From Squalus acanthias (taxonomy: Eukaryota), in assembly GCA_030390025.1 (NCBI GenBank), contig CM059432.1, positions 119,414,001 to 119,478,000 on the forward strand: 64,000 nt of DNA, read 5' to 3'. The translations under genes and the position numbers were made by a program. Position 1 is the first letter of the stretch. The number at the start of each line of letters is the position of its first letter. Positions 36,451 through 49,636 of the stretch are shown here, in pieces. The notes beneath the pieces are model-generated. The model saw only the letters and a program-made list of their open reading frames with translations, ran no database searches and was not told the DNA's origin.

Positions 36451-39013
36451 GGCCCGTATTTTCCATGGAAACATAGAAACATAGAAGATAGGAGCAGGAG
36501 CAGGCCATTCAGCCCCTCGAGCCTGCTCCGCCATTCAATGCGATCATGGCTGATCATCCAAATTCAGTACCCTGTCCCTGCTTTCTCCCCATATCCCTTG
36601 ATCCCTTTAGCTTTAAGAAATATATCTAACTCCTTCTTGAATATATTTAATGAATTGGCCTCTACTGCCTTCTGTGGTAGAGAATTCCACAGGTTCACCA
36701 CTCTCTGGGTGAAGAAATTCCTCCTCATCTCAGTCCAAAATGGCTTACCCCTTATCCTTAGATTGTGACCCCTGGTTCTGGACTCCTCGGCCATCGGGAA
36801 CATCCTTCCTGCATCTAGTCTGTCTAGTCCTGTTAGAATTTTATAAGTTTCAATGAGATCCCCTCTTATTCTTCTAAACTCCAGCGAGTATAAGCCCAAT
36901 CGACCCAATCTCTCCTCATACATCATTCCTGCCATCCCAAGTATCAGCCTGGTGAATCTTCACTGCACTCCCTCCATGGCAAGAACATCCTTCCTCAGAT
37001 AAGGTGACCAAAACTGCACACAATACTCAAGAAGTGGTCTCACAACTGCAGCAAGACATCCTTGTTCCTGTACTCGAACCCTTTCGCTACGAAGGCCAAC
37101 ATACCATTTGCCTTCTTAACCGCCTGCTGCACCTGCATGCTTACCTTCAGCGACTGGTGCACAATTCCCCTTCTCCCAATCTATTGCCATTCAGATAATA
37201 ATCTGCCTTCCTGTTTTTGACACCAAAGTGGATAACCTCGCATTTATCCACATTATATTGCATCTGCCATGCTTCTGCCCAATCACCCAACCTGTCCAAA
37301 TCATATTGGAGTTTCTCGGCATCCTCCTCACGGCACACACTCCCACCCAGCTTTGTGTCGTCTGCAAACTTGGAGATATTACATCCAATTCCCTCGTCTA
37401 GATCATTAATATATATTGTGAATAGCTGGGGTCCTAGGACCAATCCCTGCGTCACCCCACTAATCACTGCCTGCCACTCGGAAAAAGACCCATTTATTCC
37501 AACTCTTTGCTTTCTGTCTGCCAACCAGTTCTCTATCCAAGTCAATACCTTGCCCCCAATCCCATGTGCCTTAACTTTACACGCTAATCTCTTATGCGGA
37601 CTTTATCGAAAGCCTTCTGAAAGTCCAAATACACCACATCCACTGGTTCTCCCTTATCTATTTTACCAGTTACATCCTCAAAAAATTCCAGTAGATTAGT
37701 CAAGCATGATTTACCTTTTGTAAATCCATGTTGACTTTGTCCGATCCTGTCACTGTTTTCCAAGTGCTCTGCTATTACATCTTTTAAATTGGACTCTAGC
37801 ATTTTCCCCACTACCGATGTCAGGCTTACCAGTCTATAATTCCCCGTTTTCTCTCTACCACCTTTTTTGAATAGTGGGGTTACATTAGCTACCCTCCAAT
37901 CCATGGGTACTGTTCCAGAGTCTATAGAATTTTGGAAGATGACCAGCAATGCATCTACTATTTCCAGGGCCACTTCCTTAAGTACCCTAGGATGTAGATT
38001 ATCAGGCCCTGGGGATTTATCGGCCTTCAATCCCGTCAATTTCCCTAACACTATTTCCCTACAAATACTGATTTCTTTCAGTTCCTCCCTCTCATTAGAC
38101 CCTATGTTTCCCGACATCTCTGGGAGGTTATTTGTGTCCTCCTTTGTGAAGACAGAACCAAAGTATGTATTTAATTGATCTGCCATTTCTTTGTTCCCCA
38201 TTATAAATTCCCCTGATTCTGACTGCAAGGGACCTATGCTTGACTTCACCAATCTTTTTCTCTTCACATATCTATAAAAGCTTTAACAGTTGTGTACTCA
38301 CCCTAGGGACATCGGAAATGCCGGTTTCAGGCATGTGATGCGCATGCGCTGAAAACCGGCATTTCCGATCTGTCAAGACTACTCTTGACAGATCCTCCAC
38401 CTGCCCTGGAGAAGGGCCTCTGTGGGTGGAAATTTCCGCTTTCTGCAGAACCTCCGCCCGCTGAAAACACTTAAAAATCTTACGCCTGGTAAAAGCAGGC
38501 ATAAGGCCTGCTTTTACCAGCATAAGAGTTTTAAAAAGTTTTAAAAATAATTTTTTTTCACTTATTTATAATTTAAAAATACTTTTAAAAAAGGTAAGTT
38601 TATTTTTAGCCCCGTAAAAAACTTTATTTTTCTTTTCAAAAAATTAAATTTTTGTTTAAAATATTTAATTTAATGTAATCTGAACTCATTTTAAAAATGT
38701 GATGGTTTTTAAAAATGTATTTAATATTTTGATGTGTTTTTAGAGTGATCTCTATTCATATATTTGTCAGGTCTATCTGTCAAAAGTATGAAGTGGGATC
38801 CCCTTCTCCTATTGGCTCGCCTGGCCCACGTGATCCCAGGGACGCTTGCGAACTGCATGCGCCCATGGGATACGTAGGCCCTGCGCATTTCGACTGTGGA
38901 GAGGCCCAGGATCGGAAGTGTCAGGACATCGGGAGCCCTCAGTTAAGAGCATAGATTTTTTTCCGATAGGAGGCATCCGCACGCAGGAAGCCTCCTATCG
39001 GAAATTACGGGCC
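36451..39013. mobile_element. TIR element with CR1 inserted just inside its left TIR
   Basis: GGCCCGTATTTTCC (36451) / GGAAATTACGGGCC (39000-39013), 13 of 14 matching; flanks ACT / AAT. Confidence 0.75.
36468..38272 (-). mobile_element. 5'-truncated CR1 related to the 16588 copy, with frameshifts and small deletions
   Basis: ORFs 37584-38267, 37147-37545, 36564-36935; GAAACATA tail repeats. Confidence 0.95.
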
Positions 39014-39650
39014 AATGAGTTTGTCAGGTCCCAACTGCAGTGTGACAAAGTACTGATGTAAAATTGACAGCTGTATGTTTGGTAGCCTAAGGCTGATTTC
39101 CTGCCAATTTGCCCATTGGCAGCTTTGCTTCGTTATTACAAGGTGGGGTCTGACAGTATGTTGCTTACTTGAGTGCCTGGGTGACTAAACTGGACTCGTA
39201 CTTTAATGTCTACAATAAGCCTGTAGAAACCACTCTCCATAGATGTTATGTAACTTACAAATATTTGACATGACAAAGTGAAAGATCTGATGGAGCTGCT
39301 GTCAAGAATGTCTCGGTGCTGCACTGGGGACTATTATGCTGGTAATGTTGAAGTTATTCTATCAGTCAGTAGATGAACACATTTTTTATGCCTCAGAGAG
39401 CAACCTAATTTCTCAATTGAATAGTGCTTTTTATAACAAAAACCTTGAAATTGTGCAGTGTATAGCTTCTTAAAAAAAAACCCTTGCAGCTGCAGTATAA
39501 AGAATAATAAATTATCTGGCATTGTATTGTCTTCTAAACTGCTGTAGCTATTCAAGCAAAGCTGTTTCTGACCTTAGCTAGATTAAATGGCTTACGTAGT
39601 ATAAAAAAATAACAACACATTGTGGACATCTTCTTACAACCAAATACTAG

Positions 39651-40453
39651 GGGGAAAAATTGCGTATCGCCCATTTTGGGGCGCTAATATCGGCCGGGCG
39701 CAAAGTTTAGCGCCCGCCGCTAATTATCGCCTTAGACAGCAAAATTTGTCTCTATCGCCTCTGGAGGTGATTTGAGCGCTAAATCAGGCGCTACACACCT
39801 CTCTTAAAGCGCAAACATCAGGGAGCGAGGCGTTACCTCAGAACGCTACCGAAGCTCAGGTGATGTCAGTTACCATGGAACTCAGACAGACTGGCGCTGT
39901 CCAGTTCTTAAAGGGGAGGGGCCATCTTGCTGGCCAGCCACACCCTACTCATTGCAGCCTTGAATCTCAACTTGGAGAGACCTCTAAAGCAATTTGTTGG
40001 AAGCACTAATGGATAGGCCCAGGGAAAGAGCTCGGTGCTTAAGAACCTCAAAAGTGGTGCTGAGGGCCAAAACTCCTTAGGACAGCGTTAAATCTCTCCA
40101 GGCACCTCTCTCCCTCTTAACCTGCGTGTACCAAAAAATTTGCCGACAGGAAAAGGCAGGAAGCGCTCGCCCCTTCCTGACTTGAAAACGTTCCCCTCTA
40201 CCTGTTGTTCCTAACAGCAGGCGTTAAGACAGGGGGCGCGATTCAATATCCGGTCCGGGGCGCTACCGGGGCATTGCAAGCTCGACTGACGTCACGATGT
40301 GCAGGCGCAGGAGATCATGGCGGTAGTGTTTAGCGCCGCCGCAAAACGACTGGTCAATTTTGCAAGCGGCGCTAAAATCGCCGTGCTCGGGCGCTAAGTT
40401 CCTAGCACCCCATTAGCACCCCCTGGAGGTGCTAACCTACTGAATTTTTCCCC
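39651..40453. mobile_element. CpG-rich non-autonomous Harbinger derivative
   Basis: Perfect TIR GGGGAAAAATT / AATTTTTCCCC; flanks TAG / TAA; internal CTTAAAGGGGAGG and a Myb-start-like ATGGATAGGCCCAGGGAAAGAGCTCGG. Confidence 0.8.
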
Positions 40454-40926
40454 TAATAGCAGACACTGCATTAATGTTCAAATAATTTGTAGAATTGAGT
40501 ATTAAGTCTGATGGTTGGAATAAGGTTTCAGAATTGTGCAAAAAAAGTACAAGTTCAAAACAAAATTATTGAATTGCAAACAAGTGTTAAGCACTCACAA
40601 TGCTAAATTAAATTGTATAATGCGTTCAAAACATCATTCAAAATGCATTCAAAAGGTTTCCCTCTTGCATGCAAATACAACATCTACAGTACACTTGGGT
40701 AAGGTTCCAGCTGTGACTGACCAACATTTGAAAAGTCTCTAAATCTGTATTAAATCCACAGAGCCCTTTCAACCCCTAACATTGCTTATTTCACCAATGA
40801 GTTAATAACTTTTAGGTAATTTTTTAAAGACTTAGCAAGGTGAGGGAGATCAGCGGTAGCAAATGGCATCCATGTAGGATTGCAGCAAAAGAATTGGCAT
40901 GGTCTAACCACCATATTCCCGCAACT

Positions 40927-41463
40927 GGCCTAAATTTCCCTCCTCCCCTGTTGGGACCAACACTAGCCACCTCCTCCATGCCCAGCACATCTAAATGCTG
41001 GTGGGGGGAAGGACAGCCTCCCACCCCATTTCCCTCCTGTCTGCCCCCCTTACTACTGTTCCCCGGGACCACCTGGTGAAAGGTCATGATAAGCCCAAGG
41101 TAGTGCGGCAATAATAGCTGCAATGTGCTCAAATGTAGAAGAGAGGGCCTGGTAGAAACCTACTGTCTCTGCATTTTGGCCCAATGAACTAACCCTTTTG
41201 GGCCTAGGTGTCCACCAAGAACCAAAATAAAGTTTTCCCTTCTCCTCTTCAGGCTCTTCTGCCCCTTTAAATGTTCAGCTGCCTCTTCTGGTGCCCGACC
41301 ACTGCTGGAATTTTGTGGCAGGCTCCCTCTTGGTGGCTCGAATCTCGCTGGAAGCCCACAATTGATAACAAATGACCCCTCCCTGACTCATAAAAATAAA
41401 TCAGGGTAGTGGCGGGATCGGAGGGGCGGGTAGAAGTCTTGCCCTTACAAGGAAAATCAGCCC
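40927..41463. mobile_element. TIR element, degenerate
   Basis: GGCCTAAATTTCC / GGAAAATCAGCCC; no clear TSD. Confidence 0.5.
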
Positions 41464-42102
41464 TCAATGTCGCTATCAAGTACTCCAGATCAGGTGTGGA
41501 ACTGCCAGATGCAGAGCAAACCACTCTTTACTCTACTCAACCAATGTCCCTGCCATAACGTGGAAGAGAACACCTTACCCCAGCAGTTCAAACTTTTCCA
41601 TATCCCACATTACAGCTTCCCTCAGCAACAGTGCCGGATTAATGCCAATTTGTGCTGGCTTGCGGTCAGGTTTGGGCCTGCGCCCATACCGACTAGTAAT
41701 TGGGATGAGACTGCCCACATCAATTTCATGCATAACCCTCAAATCCATTAGATGGAGTAATCTTCCATGCCATCAGTGTAGGCGGGGCTGAAACCTGTGT
41801 CCCAGAGGTGAATGGATTGTGCTAATAATCAATCCCCACTAATATGGGTTTACAGCTTTGCAAAATAATATTTTGTTTTCAGTCAGTCAATGTCTGCCAC
41901 ACAGAGAAACTCATCACTATGTTTAAAATCTCTAAACTAAGCTACCGAGAGGTGGAGTTTTTGCTTACCTGTGATGACATGTGTCCACAGAGGCACACCC
42001 CACTTACCAAAGTACAGATTGGCAAGGTTTAGCAATGACCAAGTGTGCACTGCTAAAGTTTAACCAGCTAAAACCATGCAGCTTACCAACATATAGTATT
42101 GG

Positions 42103-42572
42103 GTGCAACTCCAACAACACTCAAGAAGCTCGACACCATCCAGGACAAAGCAGCCTGCTTGGTTGGCACCCCATCCACCACCTTAAACATTCACTCCTTC
42201 CACCACCGGCGCACCGTGGCTGCAGTGTGTACCATCTACAAGATGCACTGCAGCAGCTCGCCAAGGCTTCTTCAGCAGCACCTCCCAAACCCGCAACCTC
42301 CACCACCTAGAAGGAAAAGGGCAGCAGGTGCATGGGAACACCACCAGCTCCAAGTTCCCCTCCAAGTCACACACCATCCTGACTTGGACATGCAGTTCCT
42401 TCATGGTCACTGGGTCAAAATCCAGGAACTCCCTCCCTAACAGCACTTTGGGACTACCTTCACCACACGGACTGCAGCGGTTCAAGAAGTAGGCCCACCA
42501 CCACCTACTCAAGGGCAACCAGGGTTGGTTAGCTTTGCCAGTGATGCCCACATCCCGAGAATAATTCTTTTT
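42103..42572 (+). mobile_element. LINE family B 3' fragment
   Basis: TLKKLDTIQDKAACL...CTIYKMHC, matching 3300-3740. Confidence 0.9.
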
Positions 42573-43059
42573 TTTTAAAGGCCAACTGGAAACAGCCCCA
42601 GCCTTCAGTGGCAGGTTTATCCTTCAGGTTCCATTAGTGAACCAGACTGGCAGCTCATTCATCAATTGTGCCCTCACGTACGGTGGATCTGTCTCTCTGA
42701 GGTATTTGAGACCACAGTTGCCACAGAGGGTTGATTTGGTTCTGCGCTTCCATCGCCACCTCAACCCAAAGAGAGCCTGCTTATCTTCATCCCAAGGAGG
42801 ACAGTTACTAGCTGGTCAATGGAGAATTGACAAGTGCACATTTGAGCTTTTGCTAATGGACTGTAGGTCCATGGGAACATCATCAATTCCAAGTTCCCCT
42901 CCAAGTCACACACCATCCAGGAGCTCCTCACGAGCAGCACACCTCACCATCAAATGTGTGAGTGCATTCTTGGAATACTATGCTAACTTCATGATTAATA
43001 TTTAAGGTCACAAATGATTTGAACATATTTGCAACTGGGATCTACCAGGATCATTAGGT

Positions 43060-43700
43060 ATCTATAGGAATCCGCAATTAGAACAGATCTCCTTGTATCT
43101 TTCAATCAGTACCTCCTGATCTGTGGAAACCCATAATATCACACTTGGGAGCACCCAAACCATAACCCATTGCTTAGCCCATTGTTCAATATGATGAGTA
43201 TAGCACACTAGATCCACTGGTGAATCAGCCAACAACACAGTATCATCTATGAAAAAGAGTGTCATAATTATTTGAGACGCTTCTCAAATAAGATGCCATC
43301 CAACACAGCTGAAAAAGAAATATTGCTTGTCAAGAACTGTTGAAGTCCGTCATCAGAGGCTTGCATGGCGGAGGGAGTGATAACAAATGGGAAGAACTCT
43401 ATCTATCGCCACAGTTTTCATAGACTACTATAATTGTTAAATCATGAATGTTCGGCAGTGTAACAATTGTACAAAAGATGACACTTGTGAAAACACAGAT
43501 GTTTCCATCTGCATTATTCCTTTGGGATATGCGGTTACTCCAGCCACATAAGCTGTATAAGTCTATCAACTGCATGTAACAAAGACTTGTGAAGCATACA
43601 GACCACAGACGCAAGTTCATTATTGACATTTCTTCTGCCCTGTAGGACAATATTGCTCATTTGCAGAAGAGAATTCTACAGTCAGTTTATTACCAAAAGA
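43060..43700 (-). mobile_element. Ancient LINE RT remnant
   Basis: LFFIDDTVLLADSPVDL...IEQWAKQWVM resembles the (Y/F)ADD-VLLA-S-DL motif of non-LTR RTs; heavily decayed. Confidence 0.45.
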
Positions 43701-43922
43701 AGATGCAGTAATTGCTAATGTGCATGAGATTCTAGTTTTAAATCAGCATAATTCATGTACTGGAGATATATACAGTAGAGGAGTGTTTAAACTGTGCTTC
43801 GAACATTACCTGCAGTATAGAGCTTGACGAGCCCAATGTGTCCCATATACATTCAACCTCATCTGCAGTAATTGATTAAAACAAAATTGGAGATGTTCAT
43901 TTTTTGAAGAAAATTTGAAGAC

Positions 43923-44692
43923 GGTCCCTGATTTTAAAAGGGGGCGGGGGTGGCGGGGACGTTATGGCGAGACCCAAAGCAGGCGGCTCACCCGGAGAGT
44001 CCGGGGATGTGGAGGCACTGACATTCTTAATGGCAGGGCCTCATATAAATAAAAGTTGCTGGCGTCTCGCCCGACACCTGGCCAGATCCATTACCTGGTT
44101 GGCGGGTGAGAGCAGGAATTTGGTGGAAGGAGGCCGCAGCCGGGGACCCGTGGAAAAGGTCCCTAGCAGTCAGCGGGAGCAGAGGCCAGAGGTGATCGAG
44201 GGTGGGTGCGGGGGGATACAGGTTCCATCAGGGAACGGGGGGAAGCGGGGGTTGGGGGGAGTCCACAGTGATCGGAGGTCAGGGGGCGGGGAGGAATCTG
44301 GGGCTGGGGAGGCCCAAGGACTCCTTGCGGAGCCTGGGGGAGCACTCCTGCTCCTCCTGGCCGACAAGGAGTTCTGACAAGTAGTCTTTTTTAAACTTAC
44401 CTTGGCTTCTTCTGGCCAATCAGGTCCTCCCGTCGTGGTTCTGCTGTCGTGCTCAAGACATTGCGGGACACCCCCCCTGATGGTTAGCGAAAATTACCTT
44501 ATGCAACCGATGACATCTACGTTAGGCCTCCACCTGCCTGTAGTGTGAACCTCATCCAACTCGAAAGTCGGCGAAAATAAGATGGCGTGGGCGAGATCAG
44601 ACCGACCTCAGGCCGATAAGCCGACTCGGCCTAATTTTAACCCCTCCCACACACCATTCTCGCTGGGCGAGGAGAGGTTTAAAATCCTGACC
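43923..44692. mobile_element. GC/CpG-rich TIR element
   Basis: GGTCCCTGATTTTAAA / TTTAAAATCCTGACC; sharp GC boundary at both ends. Confidence 0.65.
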
Positions 44693-45217
44693 TGTGACCC
44701 TCAACCTGTGGCGCGCTCCCCACTGGTGGGGCACGAGGCCTTTCCAAATGAGGCGAGATTGTTAAAATTTTTATTTTTGTTTGTCAGTCACATGTCAGTC
44801 TTCAACACATAAACTAAAACTAGAACCTCATATACGACATAAACAGCTGCATTTCCATTTAATAGCCATCTGACTGTAAAAATTCATCTCTACATAACGA
44901 GCAGGGGATGATCTACAGGGCAGGAGAAATGACATTAGCGATCTTGTTTCTATTGTCTGAAATCGGTGCTTAGACTTTAGTGACCTGAACAATTACATAT
45001 CCAAGTGGACTAATACTGGTAAAAACATTCATCTATTTACAAGAGTCGTACTTTTATGATTACACTGAACATCTTGCTGATTTAACTTTTATGACTCTAT
45101 TCTCTAAAAGCTGGACATATTGGAGTACGTGAAGCTAATGTATTTACTGTAGCACAATCTTTGAACCATTAAAACATCGTTTGTCTTTCAAAAAAAAAAT
45201 AGGGTGAATTTAATTAA

Positions 45218-45531
45218 TGGAGTGACTGCTGCCAACGACCAGACGCTGCGCAGAAACGTACTGCGCATTAATCTGGAATTGGAAGTATGATGTTTCTGGT
45301 TTTTTTCCCCCCAGAGCCCGCTCCCTCCCTGGCATTTTATCAAGGATCCTGCTCCCTCCCTGGCAGTTTTTCAAGGTGCCCGCTCCCTCCCCAGCACTTT
45401 TCCCCAGATCCCGCCCTCTCCCCGGCATTTAAACATAAATGTTAACGAGCTCGCTCCCGTAACGAGCCGAAAGCGCGCATGCGCAGAACGCTTCTACGCA
45501 GCTTCCGGTTCGTTGGCAGCAGTCGCGTCCT
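45218..45531. mobile_element. TTAA-flanked MITE (Kolobok/T2-like) with internal ~30-bp tandem repeat
   Basis: TTAA-TGGAGTGACTGCTGCCAACGACC ... GGTTCGTTGGCAGCAGTCGCGTCCT-TTAA. Confidence 0.75.
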
Positions 45532-46917
45532 TTAATTAATTTGATCGCAGAAGTCAGATTTTGTAAATTCCTGATATGCACACTCCTGGTAGCTGAATCT
45601 TCATGCCAGGAGCATAAATCATATGTAATACGTAGGGTGCATATTCCGATTCCAATTAATGTGATTATTTTCTGATCTATCCAGAATTTGAAACACCTAG
45701 TCATCTCAATGTTTCTACAGTATTCTTACCATGTGCAGGGCATTTTGACAAAATTAAGATTTTCTGCTATTTTCATTACACCTTTCTGCACAAATATTAT
45801 ACATGCCACAGCCGGATTACTGAACTATTCATGATTCATGCCAGCCAAGTAGCAATTTTAATTGCTTCAGAAGGGTTAGAAGAGCATATTGTGATTTGTT
45901 GATTTTCCTATTGTTCTCACTAATAAAATCTCATTTAATTAAATTATCCACAGCAAGATCACTGTTGAGGATCATTCAAATCTACAAAAATATAAAGATT
46001 TTATTTTTCCAAAGCAGAGGGAAATATGGCCCTTTGAGATCCATTCCACAACATTTTCATTCCTTACCTTATGCAGCGAACATGCACAAATGAGAATCAA
46101 CCCCACGCAAGTTACAGTGCAATAAGATAGAATGAAAATTCTAACTGGGCAACAACAAATGGCAGCTGATCAAGTAACTCTGATTGCACAACAAAATAAT
46201 TCAAATGTAAATTAATATTATGTTAAATAGTGTGCTTTTGTAGTTAGTTGTAATTCCCTTCACTGTGGATGTGTCAAATGTTCCTTCCATGCCTACATCG
46301 ACATTCAAATTATAATTTCTAGCATAGCACTAGTGAACCTCCTGTGGCTTTCACACAGGAAGTGGGTGGTCTTCAGGTGAAGCAAGGTTGGAGCCCAGGT
46401 AGAATCCAACCAGGGCACGCAGATGTAATTCCAGTGCCCATTTTAAGTCATGCATTTGCCCTTATTTTTATATAATATTTAAGATATTTATATTATTATT
46501 TATAGTTGAATAATAAAGGTTATGGCAATTTGGGAAGCAGAGAAGTAGACTTCATTGGGGCAGGGGGTACAGGCTGAAGAGCTGCAAAATGTCAAACTGA
46601 GGTGCTATAACACCACCAGTGGTGGGGGGGGTGTAACTACAGTGGGACAAGTTTACATCAGCAGTTTCCATTATAAATGTGGACATAAGAATTCATAATG
46701 GAAAAGGTTGACAAGAAGTTTGAGTGAACTTAAGATTTTTAATATATTATAGACTTAATGTGATCTGTTTATGCCAATTGCCATGATACAATAAAACAAA
46801 TAGCATTATTACAAGTCAATCCATCACAGAATTGTCCCCAAATCACTCATGTGTTATGTGATTTTAAAGAAAATGACATAATAATGCTGTATCTCCCAAG
46901 TGACCAAGACAGACAAT

Positions 46918-48407
46918 GGTCTAGAAATTGGAAAAGGCCCAAAAATGGGCCTGGGGATCGCAATGTGTGATAAGTTCGCACCCGTTGAGTCCGAGGCAGG
47001 CAGCACACAAACTTTGTGCTGCCTGCTAATTAAAATGATTGCAGCAGTAGGGAAGCGCTAAACATGCTGTTCAGTGGCTTAGCGCCACAGCAGGGGGGCC
47101 CAAGTTTGTGCGAGGCTAGCACCAATTAAACCAGCCACTTCTTAAAGGCAGCCTGCACCTTTTAAAGGGGAGGTGCATTCTGGCTGGAGCAGGTGGTGCA
47201 AGCAGCTGGGAAACAGACTGAGGAGCAAAAAAACTGAGTGGTGGCGCAATATGGCAGAAAAGAACTCCCAGATTTTCAGATGCTGCACTGGAGGCCTTGG
47301 TGCAGGAGGTGGACAGGAGAAGCAATGTCCTCTATATGCAAGGGGGCAAGCAGACCCGGCAGACAAACTGTGAGAATGTAATGTGACCAGATAGCCACAG
47401 AGAACAATGCCAGGAGTCAAGCCCCCAGGACTTGGATGCCATTCCGCAAGAAGTTTAATGACCTCACACAAGTGGTCAAGGTCAGTGAATGCATCTTCAA
47501 ATGCCATATCTGACCAACTGCACCACTAGCCTCAGCCACTGCTTAATTCACCACACTCCCATCACTCACCTACCAACGATCTCTATCAATCACGAATAAT
47601 ACCTCACATTCAGAGCTTCACCTCACCCTCACACACTTACCACTGCTGCAAGACTCACAACCACATCTCACAGCTTGCACACACTGCCAGCTATTCAACC
47701 ATGACAGCCACATCAGCCAAACACAGTCAACCACACTCACTGACACACTTCCCTCTCTCTTGCAAGACAAGGTGGTTCACAATCGTAGGCAGATAACTGT
47801 AGGGGGGACAGGCGCACCTCCATAACCTGACCCCACTCGAGGAGACAGTGCTCGCCATAATTGGAGTTGCTGTGACTGAGGTCGTGGCCAGTGGCAGCGC
47901 TGAAAGCATTGAAGATGACGATATGCTGATACACAATCCTCTTTCTCACATCCCACTTCCCCCTCATCCCATTATTTCTTCTGACTTACAAGCTGCAGAT
48001 GGTGCACCTCTTACTTCACCCCCACCCGCCACCCCACCCCCCCCACCCCACACCAGAATCCTACTCTTGTGCCTTTCTCCTTTCAGAGACCCAAGAAATC
48101 CAACCTAGCCAGCTAGTGCTGCAAAAAGAAGAGAGAGAGGAGAGTGATGATGAAGAAGAATCACCATCACTCGATCTGACACTCACAGCCACATCAGATA
48201 CTGGCACTGTGCGTACTTTACAGGGTAGCTTAGAGGCGGGATCTGCACATGGTGAGTCACCGGGCATGAGTGGGTTGCAGTTAGCGCAGGGGGAAAGGGT
48301 AGCACAGGTGCCAGCTCCCGGAGGGCGAGGTCGCACACAGGACTCAGATGAGGACTTCGAAGGGGCGGCCTACAGAAGAATGCTGATGAGTATGCCCAAT
48401 TAAATGC
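46918..48407 (+). mobile_element. Harbinger family 1 copy D with decayed Myb gene
   Basis: Terminus GGTCTAGAAATT; exon homologues near 47252-47480, 47766-47922, 48087-48405 (ETQEIQPSQ...EESDDEEE). Confidence 0.88.
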
Positions 48408-48686
48408 TTTGGGCAGAGATCGCATCCTGTAGAAGGTAAGTGTCTTGATAGATAACACTTGGTCCATGTGATCTCCTGGACTGATTTTGATCGCCTGAAG
48501 GGGTCAGAGAGGAATTTTCCAGTGCATTTTTTCCCTTATTGTTTGGGTTTTTTGCCTCTCCCAGGGGATTACATGGCTGTGAGGGGAGGGGGAGTAGGTC
48601 GAGGGAAGAAGCGTTTAGTCATGCTGCTTCAGCCATCGTGGTGTGGTGCAGGCTTGATGGACCAGCTATTTTGTATGTTTGTATGA
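48408..48686 (+). mobile_element. CR1 3' fragment (like the 33703 subfamily)
   Basis: GCAGAGATCGCATCCTGTAGAAGGTAAG...GATCTCCTGGACTGATTTTGATCGCCT...GATGGACC...TATGTTTGTATG is homologous to the reverse complement of 33703-33990. Confidence 0.7.
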
Positions 48687-49124
48687 AATGTGATGCACAG
48701 CTGCCAGTGGAGTTATGCAGCTAACTGTGGATTCCTTCAGCCCATATAAAGATCGGTCATTAAAGAAATGACTTGTGTGTCTGGAGACTTATGGAGATCT
48801 TGGATTCCTGGGTTGCCAAATTTCTAATGTTAGGAGAGTGTGGGTGGCAGCATCCATTCTCATGTAACATTAAAGAAGATTCAGTACAAATATTTAAAAG
48901 TTTCTCGTTGGTTCAATGGGCCATCTGTGCACTTTTAAAATGTAACTTTACACCAGGCTGGGGTAATACTCAAACCGATGTGAAAATGTTCCTTGGCTCC
49001 AATGCATTTTCAGGTCAGAATGTGTCAGATTATACATTGATGAGCATTCAAAATTTTGGAGAGTAAGGGATCTATGTCCACATGAAGCCCAAAACAAAAA
49101 AGAGAAAGAAACAACTTTTTAAAA

Positions 49125-49512
49125 TTAATTTTCAGGGTGGGTTTTGCTGGCAAGGCTGGCATTTATTGCCCATCTCTAGTTGTCCTGAGTAGGCTTTCTT
49201 GAACCGCTGCAGATTGGCTTGTTTGGCCACCTCACGGGCAGTTAAAAATCAACCACATTGATGTGTGACTGGAGTCACATTTAGGCCAGACCAGCTAAGG
49301 ACAGCAGGTTTCTTTTCCCTGAAGGATATTAGTGAACTTTTTTTTAATGGTAAAACAATTCGCTTTGTGGCCACTTTAACTGATACTAGTTTTTTTTTAA
49401 TTTCCCGAAATTTTAAACTGAATTCAAATTCTCAAACTGCAGTGGTGAGATTTGAACTCACATTCTCTGTGCCTACTAGTCCAGTAACATAAGCACAACA
49501 CTACTGTACCCC
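49125..49512 (-). mobile_element. tRNA-headed SINE with LINE B tail
   Basis: Homologous to 10332-10759; B-box-like GAGTTCAAATCTC on -. Confidence 0.8.
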
Positions 49513-49636
49513 CTTAACTTGCACATATATAGGGCCTTTTACCTCAGCAAGATGTGCAAAATACTTCACAGCTCATGAATTGCTTTTTGGAGTATAGTCA
49601 CTGTTGTTTTTGTAGGCAACACACTTTGTTTGAGCA

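Noticed and set aside
45315..45430. CRISPR-like array of ~30-bp repeats
   Set aside because: Contiguous tandem units without unique spacers, no cas genes, eukaryotic context.
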